Source of the DNA: Chthoniobacterales bacterium
GTDB taxonomy: Bacteria; Verrucomicrobiota; Verrucomicrobiia; Chthoniobacterales; DYNR01
Direction of reading: 5' to 3'
NCBI GenBank assembly: GCA_026418675.1
Contig: JAOAAX010000003.1
Location: forward strand, 32,491-96,490
Length of the DNA stretch: 64,000 bases
Shown: positions 1 to 10,506 of the stretch, in pieces
Position numbering within the stretch: the stretch's first letter is position 1
Layout of the letters: every line of letters begins with the position of its first letter
Position numbers and translations under genes: made by a program
The notes under the pieces: model-generated
What the model was told of the DNA's origin: nothing
The model's input: only the letters and a program-made list of their open reading frames with translations
Databases searched by the model: none

Positions 1-238
1 GTTGGCTTGGGTTCTGGGGGACGGTTTGTGGGGTGTGAGTGATTTCAGGAAGTAGGTCTGTGGGGGACATGGGTTCTAGGAAATAGACATCGGTATCGTT
101 TTCTTTTGGACTTTCGATATGGATGGACCAAGGTTCACGGTTCGCGAGGCGCCAGTAAGCGAGGAGGGAGGTAGCAGCGGATAGGAATAAGAGCAGAAGA
201 GAGAGCAGACGGTCGGTGGGATTGGATTTGCGGGTCAT
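1..238 (-). CDS. Hypothetical membrane-anchored protein, partial (runs off left edge)
   Basis: ATG at 238 overlaps the plsC stop (ATGA). Manual translation MTRKSNPTDRLLSLLLLFLSAATSLAYWRL... is open to the window edge. Not in the ORF track. Confidence 0.65.
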   Translation of the reverse strand, partial: MTRKSNPTDRLLSLLLLFLSAATSLLAYWRLANREPWSIHIESPKENDTDVYFLEPMSPTDLLPEITHTPQTVPQNPSQ

Positions 239-873
239 GAAAACGATGTTACTTGGCGTGGAGGTGGTGGTATTGCTGCGATAGCTTGGAGGATTTGGTT
301 GCTGATTTGTTGGTAGAGTTCGTTAGAGGAATGGGTATCAGTAGGTAATAAAAAGTGGATTGGTTCGCCGAAACAAACATCTATGGGGTGAAATTTCAGG
401 GATTTGGCGTTTTTGGGTAGCGCTTCGAAGGAGCCAAAGATGCGTGCAGGAACAACCGGGGCTTTCGCTTTGGCTACGACAAAACCGACACCCGGCCGGG
501 CAATTTGGAGTTTCCCATCAGGAGATCGAGTTCCCTCGGGAAAGAGGAGAACGCCTTCGCCCGAGCGGACGAGGTGGATGATTTTTTTTAGAGCCGTGCG
601 GTCGTTGCCATCGCGATCAACTGGGATGACGTTAATGAGAGGGAAGATAGGCCCGAGGATAGGCCATTCGAGGAGTGTTTTGCGGGCGAGGAACCAGATG
701 GCGCGTGTGGATGCAATGCCGATGAGAGGCGGATCGAGGTAACTTGCGTGATTGGAGGCGAGAATGAAGCCTTCGGTTTGGGGGAGGAGGTGGGAATTGT
801 GAGCGCGGTAGGAGAAAAAGGTGATGGCGAGCCATCGGCAGAGGGTATAGCCAATGTTGTAAATGATGTTCAT
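235..873 (-). CDS. plsC: 1-acyl-sn-glycerol-3-phosphate (lysophospholipid) acyltransferase
   Basis: NHASYLDP (HX4D) and FPEGTRS motifs; follows cmk. Start is 873 or 894. Confidence 0.9.
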   Translation of the reverse strand: MNIIYNIGYTLCRWLAITFFSYRAHNSHLLPQTEGFILASNHASYLDPPLIGIASTRAIWFLARKTLLEWPILGPIFPLINVIPVDRDGNDRTALKKIIHLVRSGEGVLLFPEGTRSPDGKLQIARPGVGFVVAKAKAPVVPARIFGSFEALPKNAKSLKFHPIDVCFGEPIHFLLPTDTHSSNELYQQISNQILQAIAAIPPPPRQVTSFS

Positions 874-930
874 GGATTGACGTTGCGGCTTCATGTCCGT
901 GAGCTGATAAATATGGATATTATTATCTAT

Positions 931-1650
931 TTAATGATGGGAGAAGAAGCCTTTTTTGTCGAGGGAGTGAACTTTTTGGATTATAATTTGGACGACCTGA
1001 TCGAGTGTAAGAAAGGAAGTGTCTATGATGGTGGCATCGGGGGGTATAGTGAGGGGGTTAGCTCGGCGTGAGGAATCAAGCCTGTCGCGTTCGGCGATTT
1101 GGTCTTGGATGCCTTGGGAGGAGCGACGCTGTCTGCGTATTTCTGGTAATGCGTCGAGGTAGAATTTGAAGGGGGATTCTGGGAATACAGCAGAGCCGAT
1201 GTCGCGGCCTTCCATTGCGAGAGGGGAGAGATTGGCAAGGGAACGAAGAGTTAAAAGAGTCCAATGTCTAATTTCTGGAATAGCTGCTATGCGTGAGACG
1301 ATGGAGTTTACTTGCTGAGAATAGAGTTCTTCGTCGAGTTTTTTTCCGTTAAGGAGGACAATGAGTTCGCTGTTTTGGAGTGAGACCTGAAGGGAACCTG
1401 AGTTAAGTTGTGGGAGGAGTGTGGAGGTGATGGTTTCTGGAGATGCGGATGAGATGGTTGATGGAGGGAGGGATTTGCAGAGGAGCCAAGCTGCGGCGCG
1501 GTAGAGAACGCCGGAGCTGACGAAGCAACAACCGAGAGTTTGAGCGACAGCACGAGCGACAGAGGTTTTGCCTGAGGCGGCCGGGCCGTCGATGGTGATG
1601 ACGGGGAATTGAAGTGTTTTCTGTTGGTTGTTTGCGGTTGTTGATGTCAC
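931..1650 (-). CDS. cmk: Cytidylate kinase
   Basis: ITIDGPAASGKTSVA P-loop, EGRDIGSAVFP, RDRLDSSR; follows aroA. Confidence 0.95.
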   Translation of the reverse strand: MTSTTANNQQKTLQFPVITIDGPAASGKTSVARAVAQTLGCCFVSSGVLYRAAAWLLCKSLPPSTISSASPETITSTLLPQLNSGSLQVSLQNSELIVLLNGKKLDEELYSQQVNSIVSRIAAIPEIRHWTLLTLRSLANLSPLAMEGRDIGSAVFPESPFKFYLDALPEIRRQRRSSQGIQDQIAERDRLDSSRRANPLTIPPDATIIDTSFLTLDQVVQIIIQKVHSLDKKGFFSHH

Positions 1651-1671
1651 CTTTTGGGAGTGTGAATTTCG

Positions 1672-2985
1672 CTATTGGGAGTTTGATTTTTGGAGAAAGG
1701 AAAGAGTTTGAAAGAAGGATGGGTAGGAGGTGGCGATGCAGGCGGTATTGCGAATTGTGGTTTGGCCGGAGGCGAAGAGTCCGGCGATAGCGAAAGCCAT
1801 GGCGATGCGGTGGTCGCCGTAGCTGTCGATTTGAGCGGCTTTGAGTTTTTTAGAGCCTGTGATGATGAGGCCGTCGTGAGTTTTTTGGACATCTACATCC
1901 ATTATTTTGAGGTTATTTGCAATAGCGGCGAGGCGGTCAGTTTCTTTGACGCGGAGTTCAGCAGCATCAGAGATTGTTGTGGTTCCTTCAGCAAGTGCGG
2001 CGGCGATGGAGAGGATGGGAATTTCGTCAATTACGTTTGGGATTTCAGGACCGCTGATTGTGGTTGCTTGGAGATGGGAGCCGTGGACTTCGATGGTGCC
2101 TGAAGGTTCAGCGGAGTTTGAGGATTGGACGTATTCGCGGATGGAAGCACCCATGCGGATGAGGACGCGGAGGAAGCCTGTGCGAGTTGGGTTGAGGCCC
2201 ACATTGCGGACGATGAGGTGAGAATTGGGGTTGGCTGCAGCTGCGACGATCCAAAAAGCGGCACTGGAAATGTCGCCCGGGATGGAGATGTCGGAGGATT
2301 CAAGCTTGGAACCGCCGGTGAGAGATATTTCGCCATTGAAGGTGTTGATGGGAACTTGGAAGTGACGGAGCATCCGCTCGGTGTGGTCGCGGGAGGGTAT
2401 TTTTTCGATGACAGTGGTTCTGCCTTTCGCGGAGAGAGCGGCGAGGAGAATGGCACTTTTGACCTGAGCGCTTGGGATGGGGAGTTGGTAGCGGATAGCT
2501 TGGAGTGGGAGTGATCGGCCTTGGATGTGGAGTGGTGGTGTGTTGCGTTCTCCGGATGCTTTGAGAGAAGCTCCCATGAGGGAAAGTGGTGTGATGATGC
2601 GTTCCATGGGGCGACGAGAGAGTGAATCGTCGCCGATGAGAGTGGAGCTGAAAGGGCGGGCCGCTAATATGCCGGCCAAGAGGCGCATAGTTGTTCCGGA
2701 GTTACCGCAATCAATTGGGGAATCGGGTGGGAGGAGATTGCCGCCCTGGCCGTGGACGATGAGGGTAGATGGTTCTGGGTTTTCGATATGTATGCCCATT
2801 TTTTTGAAGGCATTGGCAGTGGCGAGGCAGTCTTCGGAGGGGAGGAAATTTTGGATATGGCAGGTTCCGTTAGAGATAGCGGATAGCATGACGGCGCGGT
2901 GGGAGATGCTTTTGTCGCCCGGGACAGTTATTTCTGCTTCGATTGCCGGTAGGGGGTGGATTGAGATGGGATCAGGTATTTTCAT
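1672..2985 (-). CDS. aroA: 3-phosphoshikimate 1-carboxyvinyltransferase (EPSP synthase)
   Basis: PGDKSISHR, DCGNSGTTMRL, SAQVKSA, ELRVKETDRL, DHRIAM motifs. Confidence 0.97.
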   Translation of the reverse strand: MKIPDPISIHPLPAIEAEITVPGDKSISHRAVMLSAISNGTCHIQNFLPSEDCLATANAFKKMGIHIENPEPSTLIVHGQGGNLLPPDSPIDCGNSGTTMRLLAGILAARPFSSTLIGDDSLSRRPMERIITPLSLMGASLKASGERNTPPLHIQGRSLPLQAIRYQLPIPSAQVKSAILLAALSAKGRTTVIEKIPSRDHTERMLRHFQVPINTFNGEISLTGGSKLESSDISIPGDISSAAFWIVAAAANPNSHLIVRNVGLNPTRTGFLRVLIRMGASIREYVQSSNSAEPSGTIEVHGSHLQATTISGPEIPNVIDEIPILSIAAALAEGTTTISDAAELRVKETDRLAAIANNLKIMDVDVQKTHDGLIITGSKKLKAAQIDSYGDHRIAMAFAIAGLFASGQTTIRNTACIATSYPSFFQTLSFLQKSNSQ

Positions 2986-3922
2986 TTGAAGGATTTTGGG
3001 GTGAATGGGAGGAGTAAGGAAGAGGGGTGCTGGGTTGAGTTGTTTGGTTAATTTTTCTGCGGATTTCTGCGGCTTGGCTGAGGAGGGAAAGGAGGGAGTC
3101 GGCGTTTGGTTCTGTCAAAGCTTTTTGGAAGAGCTGGAGTTGCTGGATGAGGGAGTTGAGGGAATTGAGGACGGCGGTTTTGTTGAGGAGGAGGATGTCG
3201 CGCCAGAGTTCTGGTGGGCCGAGAGCGACGCGGGTTGAATCGCGGTAGCCGGGGCCAGCGAATTGCTGGGAAGCGGCGGTGGCATTGAGGACGATGGCGG
3301 CGGCGGTGAGGTGAGGGATGTGGCTGATGTGAGCGACGATTTGGTCGTGTTCTTCCGGGGAGCAAAGGGTGGTTTTGCATCCAAGGAATTGCCAGAAGTT
3401 GGCGACGTTTTGGAGAGTGATGGGGGAGGAGTGAGGTGTTGGGGTAAGGAAGCAGACAGCGTTTTGGAAGAGGTCTGGGCGGGCGTTGGCGAAGCCTTTT
3501 TTTTCTGAACCTGCCATGGGGTGGGATCCTAAGTAACGGGAGCCAAGGATTCTCTCTAATATTGGAACGAGAGGTCCCTTGACGCTACCAACATCAGTGA
3601 CCCACGTATTTTCAAGGATATGTTTCGAAATTTGGGCTGAAATTTCCTCCATAAATGGGATGGGGCAACAGAGGATAATTCCTGAAGCTGAATGGACGGA
3701 TTGAAGGAGGTCAGTGGAGATGAGTGTTTTAGGGTGGGACTCAGGAAGTGCAGCGAGGTGAGAGGAAATGAGGTTGAGGGAGGAGGGATTAGGAGACCAG
3801 AGATGGATAGTGCCTTGGAAGCCTCTTTCCCGGAGAGCGAGGAGAATGGAACCACCGATAAGGCCGGGGCTCAGGATTGCGATGGGGGATGTAGGCGGAG
3901 AGGGGGTGGGTGAGCAGTTCAG
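2972..3922 (-). CDS. tyrA: Prephenate/arogenate dehydrogenase; true start lies upstream of the ORF call, probably CTG at 3922
   Basis: [31 protein letters not shown]. The frame stays open upstream of 3652 and encodes the Rossmann motif [17 protein letters not shown]. Confidence 0.88.
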   Translation of the reverse strand: MNCSPTPSPPTSPIAILSPGLIGGSILLALRERGFQGTIHLWSPNPSSLNLISSHLAALPESHPKTLISTDLLQSVHSASGIILCCPIPFMEEISAQISKHILENTWVTDVGSVKGPLVPILERILGSRYLGSHPMAGSEKKGFANARPDLFQNAVCFLTPTPHSSPITLQNVANFWQFLGCKTTLCSPEEHDQIVAHISHIPHLTAAAIVLNATAASQQFAGPGYRDSTRVALGPPELWRDILLLNKTAVLNSLNSLIQQLQLFQKALTEPNADSLLSLLSQAAEIRRKINQTTQPSTPLPYSSHSPQNPSNENT

Positions 3923-4320
3923 GGGACGAGGAAGGTTTTTCCTGTGTAGGGGCAGCGGACTTCCTGCCCTGGAGCGAAACCACGAACATCAACGAGACCG
4001 GCGGTTGGATCGTGGGGGCTTGTGACGAAGCCTGGCTGGCCGGGAACGGGTATTCCATAAGGGATGTCACGTGATGATTGTGGTATGTTGGAGAGAGGGG
4101 TGGGGGAGGGGGTGGGGGTGGGGTGGAGGGAAGTTTCGTCAGTAGTTGGGGATGGAGTTGGGGTTGGGAGGACGTCCTGGACTGTTTGTGTAGGGTAACC
4201 TTGGGAGCCGTAGCCGAAACGGTTTGCGTTGCGATAGGGGTAACGATGGGGTGGGCTTTCGCAGGAGGTTAGACCAAGGGCTAATGTTGATAGGATAAGG
4301 ATTGGAGTCGGGAGTTTCAT
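3919..4320 (-). CDS. Hypothetical lipoprotein with Pro/Thr linker and compact C-terminal motif
   Basis: Lipobox [12 protein letters not shown] linker, C-terminal [17 protein letters not shown]...[23 protein letters not shown]. Confidence 0.8.
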   Translation of the reverse strand: MKLPTPILILSTLALGLTSCESPPHRYPYRNANRFGYGSQGYPTQTVQDVLPTPTPSPTTDETSLHPTPTPSPTPLSNIPQSSRDIPYGIPVPGQPGFVTSPHDPTAGLVDVRGFAPGQEVRCPYTGKTFLVP

Positions 4321-4518
4321 TTTTATGCTTTGGTAGTGGGAGTATTTTCTGCGTGTTCGTAGGATTCAATATGAAATTCAAAAGCGGATATGTAGATAGT
4401 TTAATTTGTTTTTCGAATTTATAAAAGAGGATAAATTTCTACGAAATTGGATTTTTTTTGAAGTGGGGGACTTGCTAGTCAATGGTGCGGGAGGATATTA
4501 AGCACGAGTGAAGTAGAA

Positions 4519-5874
4519 ATGCCAAAGTATTACATTAAGACTTATGGTTGCCAGATGAATGAGAGGGATTCGCTGCAAGTAGCGGCGATGCTGGAGGGGA
4601 GAGGTTTCTCTGCTGCTGAAGAGGAGGAGGATGCGGATGTGATTTTGATCAATACTTGTAGTGTTCGGGACATGGCTGAGCAAAAGGCTTTAGGAAAAAT
4701 GGGGATGTTGATGCGATACCGACGGAGGAGGCCGTGGTTAGTGCTTGGGTATTTGGGTTGTATGGCGCAGAGCCGAGGTGAAGAGTTGTTGCAGGAGAGC
4801 CCTGGCGTGGATTTGGTTGTTGGGACGCAGAAGTATCATCGTGTTGTGGATTATGTGGAACGGATTTGGAGGGAGAGGCAGGAGCGGCTGATGGACGACG
4901 AGCGCCGGCCAATAGTGGATGTAGAAGAAGAGGAGGGGTCGCAGTCGGCAATACGGGACCATCGGCTTGGACCGGGGCAATGTTCGGCGTTTATCTCGGT
5001 GATGCAGGGGTGCAATATGCGGTGCACGTTTTGTATTGTTCCCTTTACGCGAGGGAAGGAGCGTTCTCGGCCGATTGGGGAAATCGTTGAAGAGGTGAGG
5101 GAGTTAGCTAGGAGAGGAGTGAAAGAGGTGACATTGCTTGGGCAGATAGTGAATTTGTATGGGCGACATGAGTTTCCGCGGGTGGGTGGCAAGAGTCCGT
5201 TTGTGCAGTTGTTGGAAGCGGTGCATGAAGTAGAAGGGATAGAGCGCATACGGTTTACATCGCCACATCCGATTGGTTTTCGGGAGGATTTAATTGAGGC
5301 GATTGGGCGTTTGCCGAAGGTGATGGAGCATGTGCATTTGCCAGTGCAATCGGGATCGGATGCGATTTTGAAGAGGATGAGGCGGGGATATACGGCTAAG
5401 CGGTATCTGGAGCTGGTGAGGAAACTTAGGGAGGCGAGGGCGGGACTTGCGTTAACAACGGATATAATTGTCGGTTATCCTGGGGAGACGGAGATGGATT
5501 TTGAAGCAACGAAGGAGCTTGTGCGTGCGGCTGACTTTGATAATGCGTTTGTGTTTCGGTATTCGCCGCGTCGTGGGACGCCTGCAGCTGGTATGTATGG
5601 GCAGGTTCCTGAGGAGGTGAAAGAGGCAAGGAACCAGGAGTTGCTCGGTTTGGTGAATAAGATGTTTCGGTCAAAACTTGAGGAGCACGTTGGTAAGGAT
5701 GTTGAGATATTGTGTGAGGGGCGTAGCAAGACGAACGAACAAAGGCTGACGGGTAGGACAAGGACGAACAAAATTGTTTTGTTTGAGGGGGGTGATAGGT
5801 TGGTGGGGAGGATTTTTCGGGTTCGGGTCAAGGAGGCATCGGGTTGTGCGCTTTATGGGGAAGTTGAAGAGTGA
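4519..5874 (+). CDS. miaB: tRNA-2-methylthio-N6-isopentenyladenosine synthase (radical SAM methylthiotransferase)
   Basis: TYGCQMN, NTCSVR, GCMAQ, radical SAM CNMRCTFC, C-terminal TRAM domain. Confidence 0.96.
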   Translation: MPKYYIKTYGCQMNERDSLQVAAMLEGRGFSAAEEEEDADVILINTCSVRDMAEQKALGKMGMLMRYRRRRPWLVLGYLGCMAQSRGEELLQESPGVDLVVGTQKYHRVVDYVERIWRERQERLMDDERRPIVDVEEEEGSQSAIRDHRLGPGQCSAFISVMQGCNMRCTFCIVPFTRGKERSRPIGEIVEEVRELARRGVKEVTLLGQIVNLYGRHEFPRVGGKSPFVQLLEAVHEVEGIERIRFTSPHPIGFREDLIEAIGRLPKVMEHVHLPVQSGSDAILKRMRRGYTAKRYLELVRKLREARAGLALTTDIIVGYPGETEMDFEATKELVRAADFDNAFVFRYSPRRGTPAAGMYGQVPEEVKEARNQELLGLVNKMFRSKLEEHVGKDVEILCEGRSKTNEQRLTGRTRTNKIVLFEGGDRLVGRIFRVRVKEASGCALYGEVEE

Positions 5875-6009
5875 ATTGGAGGGTTTTTTGGAATTAAGGT
5901 GTAGTTTTTTATTTTTTGGGATTTAATTAACTAAAATTGAGTTTAGCTGAGCAGGGTAGAAAAAAAGTCTGACTAAGTATCTTAAGGGGTGGTATTATGG
6001 AGGGAAAAT

Positions 6010-7509
6010 ATGAGCTCTGAGTCTAAAATTGGGTTAATTGGGTTAGCAGTGATGGGGCAGAATTTAGCACTGAATATAGCGGATCACGGTTTCCGGGTAT
6101 CTGTTTACAATCGGACTGCATCAAAGACCGAGTCATTCGTGCGGGCACATCGAGACACACCAGGTGGGCTTGTTGGTTTTGAGAAATTGGAGGATTTTGT
6201 GCGTTCGTTGGAACGGCCACGGAAGGTAATTCTGATGGTGCAGGCCGGGAAGCCGACGGATGCAGTGATTGAGTCACTAGAGCCTTTGTTAGAGGAGGGA
6301 GATATTATCATAGATGGGGGAAACGCGTATTGGAGAGATACGGTTCGTCGGGAGGCGGAATTACGGGCGAAGGGGTTGCGGTTTATTGGATCCGGTGTTT
6401 CTGGAGGTGAGGAGGGGGCGCGTTTTGGGCCTTCGCTGATGCCTGGAGGAGAGAAGGGGACGTGGGAGGAGATACGGCCGATCTGGGAGGCGATAGCTGC
6501 GAAAGTGGACGGAGAGACAGGGAAGCCACTGGAAGGGGCCGCACCGGGAAAGCCGGTTGTTGGAGGAGTCCCTTGCACGACTTATATTGGACCAGATGGA
6601 TCAGGGCATTTTGTGAAGATGGTTCATAATGGAATTGAGTATGGGGATATGCAGTTAATTTGTGAGGCTTATATGCTTCTGCGGTATGGTGTTGGATTGA
6701 GCATAGAGGAGCTACAGGAGACTTTTTCTGAATGGAATAGGACGGAGTTGGATTCTTTTTTGATTGAGATCACGTCGAAAATCCTTGGAGTGAAGGATCG
6801 TCGGAGTGGACAGCCAATGGTGGATGTGATTTTGGATGCTGCTGGACAAAAAGGGACTGGGAAGTGGACAATTGAGTCTGCTTTGGAGTTTGGGGTTCCT
6901 TGTTCGACGATGTCGGAAGCTGTATTTGCGAGATGTATGTCTGCAATGAAAGAGGAGCGGGAGCGAGCAGCGAAGGTGTTGAAGGGACCGGAGGGAGAGT
7001 TATTTGGCGGAGAGAAGGAGAGGTGGATAGAGGATATTCGAAAGTCCCTCTATGCTTCGAAGGTTTGTTCCTATGCCCAGGGATTTGCTTTAATGAGGGC
7101 AGCTTCGCGGGAGATGGGATGGGGGTTGAAGTATGGTGATATTGCGATGATATTCCGTGGGGGGTGTATAATTCGAGCGCGTTTTTTGCAGCGGATCAAG
7201 GAGGCTTTCGATCGGGATGGTGATTTGCCGAATTTGTTGCTTGATCCGTATTTTCGAGAGGTAGTGGAAAGTTCACAAATTGCGTGGAGGCGGGTGGTGA
7301 GTGCAGCAGTGGTGAATGGGATCCCTGTGCCTGCGTTTGGAGCTTCTCTAGCGTATTATGATTCGTATCGGCGAGATCGTTTAGGAGCGAGTTTGTTGCA
7401 AGCACAACGTGACTTTTTTGGAGCGCATACGTATGAGAGGGTGGATGAACCTCGAGGTAGGTTTTTTCACTTGGATTGGATTGGTGATGGGGAAGAGCGA
7501 GCAGTGTGA
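6010..7509 (+). CDS. gndA: NADP-dependent 6-phosphogluconate dehydrogenase
   Basis: [50 protein letters not shown] at 6010 preferred over GTG at 5989. Confidence 0.97.
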   Translation: MSSESKIGLIGLAVMGQNLALNIADHGFRVSVYNRTASKTESFVRAHRDTPGGLVGFEKLEDFVRSLERPRKVILMVQAGKPTDAVIESLEPLLEEGDIIIDGGNAYWRDTVRREAELRAKGLRFIGSGVSGGEEGARFGPSLMPGGEKGTWEEIRPIWEAIAAKVDGETGKPLEGAAPGKPVVGGVPCTTYIGPDGSGHFVKMVHNGIEYGDMQLICEAYMLLRYGVGLSIEELQETFSEWNRTELDSFLIEITSKILGVKDRRSGQPMVDVILDAAGQKGTGKWTIESALEFGVPCSTMSEAVFARCMSAMKEERERAAKVLKGPEGELFGGEKERWIEDIRKSLYASKVCSYAQGFALMRAASREMGWGLKYGDIAMIFRGGCIIRARFLQRIKEAFDRDGDLPNLLLDPYFREVVESSQIAWRRVVSAAVVNGIPVPAFGASLAYYDSYRRDRLGASLLQAQRDFFGAHTYERVDEPRGRFFHLDWIGDGEERAV

Positions 7510-7612
7510 AGGAATGAATCCGATGGACGGGTTAAAGAATTTTATAAAAAAGGAATTGGTTTTTGGAGGTGTGTTGTTGAAAATCTGGAATAGTTATTGA
7601 GTTTTTCGAGCG

Positions 7613-9829
7613 ATGAATCCCCAGGATTATCAAAAGATAGAGCGTTGGATTGAGCAAATTTCGTCGGAGGTTATTCTCTCGGAACCGGATACAGACCGAT
7701 CTCAATTCCCATTGAGGGATTTAATAAATTCGGTTTTGGACAAGGCGGGGAAGTATCCGGGATATGTAGCGCTGCGAGAGTGTGCAAAAGATGCTTTGAC
7801 GTTAATTGAGGATTTGCTTTTTGGGAATAAGCCATACACGCAGGAGAGTTTGGATTGTCTAGGGGAATTGGCGGGGAAGATGCAGAGTTACTTAGAGAAT
7901 CCGGATCAGGTTTATGAGCGGCCGAGTATTTTGGGGAAGCTAATAGGAGGAGTGATGGAGGAAAGGGAAGGTGAGACGAGAGAAGTTGTAATGGAGGAAG
8001 TAGCTGGTGGGGAGGAAAAGTTGCAGGAGGAGGTTGGGGAAAAAGTTGATGGAAGTAGGGTAAGTGGTGGAGAAGAAAAGGGGTTTGAGAACACATTTGT
8101 TTTGGGGAATACGGATGTTGATTTGTTGAAGGATTTCCTTGTAGAGGCGAATGAGCATCTGGACAACATTGAGCAAGGGGTTTTGCAGTTGGAGGAAAAT
8201 CCTTCGGATGCTGATACGATAGCGTCAATATTTCGAGCGTTTCACACAATTAAGGGTGGATCAGGTTTTTTGAATATTTTGCCCGTTAATCACTTGGCTC
8301 ATCAGTTAGAGAATTTGTTGGATTTGATTCGGGATAATAAGTTGGAGGTAACTCGGGAGGTGATAGAGGTAATTTTGGAGGGCGGAGATACATTTCGGAC
8401 CTGTTTTCAGGAAATCCAAGAGCAGATAACGGGCAAACGACCTGCTGAACCGATAGTAGTGGAGGGGAGAGAGCTTTTGGAGAAGATTAGTGAGCTTATA
8501 AGGGGGCAGGGAACGGAGGAGGCTGAGGTTATACGAGCGCAGGAAGGAAGCTTGGTGGAAAAGAAGGAAGGACAAATTTCTGCAAGCTCGGAGGTGGAAG
8601 CTGAAGGGAAAGGTGAAGGAAAAAAGGTGGGCACGAAGACGAGTGGGGTTGTGGCAGGGATGATCAAGGTAGATACGGTGAAGTTCGATTCCTTGATGGA
8701 CCTTGTTGGGGAGCTGGTAATAGCGCAATCTTTGGTGGCGCAAGATCCAGCGATTCGCTCCATAGAGAGTCGGAATTTGTTAAGGAATCTTTCGCAACTT
8801 GGGCGCATAACGAATGAATTGCAAAAGACGGCAATGTCGTTGCGAATGGTGCCGATTAAGAATTTGTTTCAGAAGATGAATCGAGTTGTTCGGGATACTG
8901 CCGCTGCGCGTGGAAAGATAGTGAATTTGGTTTTGCAAGGAGAGGATACGGAGATGGATCGGACGATTGTTGAGGAGCTTGGAGATCCGTTACTTCACAT
9001 GGTGAGGAATTCCGTGGATCATGGGATTGAGATGCCAGATGTGCGCGAAGCCGCTGGAAAGCCACGTGCGGGGATGTTGCGTTTGGCAGCATCGCATGTC
9101 GGGGGGAATATTTTGGTGGAGATTGAGGATGATGGAGCGGGGATACGGACTGATAAGGTTTTGGCAAAAGCAATTGAGAGAGGGTTGGTTTCGCCAGGAA
9201 CACATTTGACAGAAAAGGAAATTTTTGAATTAATTTTCATGCCCGGCTTTTCGACAGCGGAGCAAGTTACAGATTTGAGTGGGCGAGGTGTAGGGATGGA
9301 TGTTGTTAAGAAAAATATTTCCAAGTTGCGGGGGAAAATTGATATTGAATCGAGTTTAGGAAAGGGGACGTCGTTTAAAATTTATTTGCCGTTAACGTTG
9401 GCGATTATAGATGGACTTTTAATAGTAGTTGGGGATCAGCGGTATATTTTGCCGACTTTGTCGGTTCGGGAGTCGTTTCGGCCTACACGTGGGATGATAA
9501 GCACGGTTCATGGGCGTGGGGAGATGGTGAATGTTCGCGGGAAGTTAATTCCCCTGTTGAGGTTGTATGAATTGTTTGACGTGACTCCACGCTCGACTGA
9601 TCCCTATGAGAGTATGGTGGTTGTTGTGGAATCGGCACACGAGGAGCGATGTGTTTTGATTGATGATTTGATAGGGCAGCAGGAAGTAGTAATTAAGAGC
9701 CTTGGGGATATGTTTAAGAATAATCGTTTGTTATCCGGAGCGGCAATTTTGGGAGATGGACGGGTTGGATTGATTATTGATCCGCGGGCGTTGGTTCAAG
9801 TGCGCGAGACGTTAGCGAGTGCGGCTTGA
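7613..9829 (+). CDS. cheA: Chemotaxis histidine kinase CheA
   Basis: Hpt (IFRAFHTIKGGSGFL), dimerisation domain (LMDLVGELVI), HATPase (RNSVDHGIE, DDGAG, SGRGVGMDVV), C-terminal CheW-like domain. Confidence 0.95.
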   Translation: MNPQDYQKIERWIEQISSEVILSEPDTDRSQFPLRDLINSVLDKAGKYPGYVALRECAKDALTLIEDLLFGNKPYTQESLDCLGELAGKMQSYLENPDQVYERPSILGKLIGGVMEEREGETREVVMEEVAGGEEKLQEEVGEKVDGSRVSGGEEKGFENTFVLGNTDVDLLKDFLVEANEHLDNIEQGVLQLEENPSDADTIASIFRAFHTIKGGSGFLNILPVNHLAHQLENLLDLIRDNKLEVTREVIEVILEGGDTFRTCFQEIQEQITGKRPAEPIVVEGRELLEKISELIRGQGTEEAEVIRAQEGSLVEKKEGQISASSEVEAEGKGEGKKVGTKTSGVVAGMIKVDTVKFDSLMDLVGELVIAQSLVAQDPAIRSIESRNLLRNLSQLGRITNELQKTAMSLRMVPIKNLFQKMNRVVRDTAAARGKIVNLVLQGEDTEMDRTIVEELGDPLLHMVRNSVDHGIEMPDVREAAGKPRAGMLRLAASHVGGNILVEIEDDGAGIRTDKVLAKAIERGLVSPGTHLTEKEIFELIFMPGFSTAEQVTDLSGRGVGMDVVKKNISKLRGKIDIESSLGKGTSFKIYLPLTLAIIDGLLIVVGDQRYILPTLSVRESFRPTRGMISTVHGRGEMVNVRGKLIPLLRLYELFDVTPRSTDPYESMVVVVESAHEERCVLIDDLIGQQEVVIKSLGDMFKNNRLLSGAAILGDGRVGLIIDPRALVQVRETLASAA

Positions 9830-9841
9830 CGGCTTAGCTGG

Positions 9842-10477
9842 ATGAAGCGTTTATGCCGTGGACAGGTGTTTGCAGGGAGAAAATCGGGGCAGGAGACAAA
9901 TTTCTCTACTAGTCCAGAGAGATGGAAGGTAATTATTATTGTTTTGACCTGTTTTTTTTTCATTGGTTTCTCTGGAAGTTTGAAGGCAAGCCCAGTAATT
10001 TCGACAGAGAGAAGAGAGCCTGCTCCGATTCTTGCGCCATTTGGAATGCGTTGGGGAATTACGCCCGAGGATTTTCAGCTTTTGATAAAGAACTTTAAGG
10101 TTCAGTCAAAGATAATACGCGAAGGAGAGGAGATACGAGCGATACAAGTTACAGGGATACCGCAAAAGAATTTGTTGGCTACGTTGTTTCATTTTGAAGA
10201 AGGGATGCTATGGGAGATTGAATTGCAACTTGGTGATAAGAAATGGGGAGAGGAGGAATATAACAATTTTTTTTTGATGACGAAGAGAGTTTTGGAGAGG
10301 AGGTATGGAGTTGGCCAGCCTGTGGCAACACAAACTCTACGAGTTGGGGATATTGATACGACTTTGGGAGGATATGTTTGGCGGCAATTTGGTGGGAGTA
10401 TTCAGTTGTATTTGTTTCACGCGAAGAGGGGCGATGAGCAGTTTTTTCTAATAAGTCAACACTTTCGTCCTAAATAG
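9842..10477 (+). CDS. Hypothetical exported protein
   Basis: Long ORF with hydrophobic segment VIIIVLTCFFFIGF; start uncertain. Confidence 0.7.
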   Translation: MKRLCRGQVFAGRKSGQETNFSTSPERWKVIIIVLTCFFFIGFSGSLKASPVISTERREPAPILAPFGMRWGITPEDFQLLIKNFKVQSKIIREGEEIRAIQVTGIPQKNLLATLFHFEEGMLWEIELQLGDKKWGEEEYNNFFLMTKRVLERRYGVGQPVATQTLRVGDIDTTLGGYVWRQFGGSIQLYLFHAKRGDEQFFLISQHFRPK

Positions 10478-10506
10478 AATTCGAAATAAGAACAGTAAAA
10501 CGAGAG

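Noticed and set aside
4095-4170. G-rich GGGGTG-type repeats (possible G-quadruplex or tandem repeat)
   Set aside because: Explained by the PTPTPSPT linker codons of the minus-strand lipoprotein.
360-9324. Many 60-190 aa overlapping or antisense ORFs rich in P/S or G/E
   Set aside because: They lie within well-supported genes, have no recognisable motifs, and are explained by the strong skew reducing stop codons.
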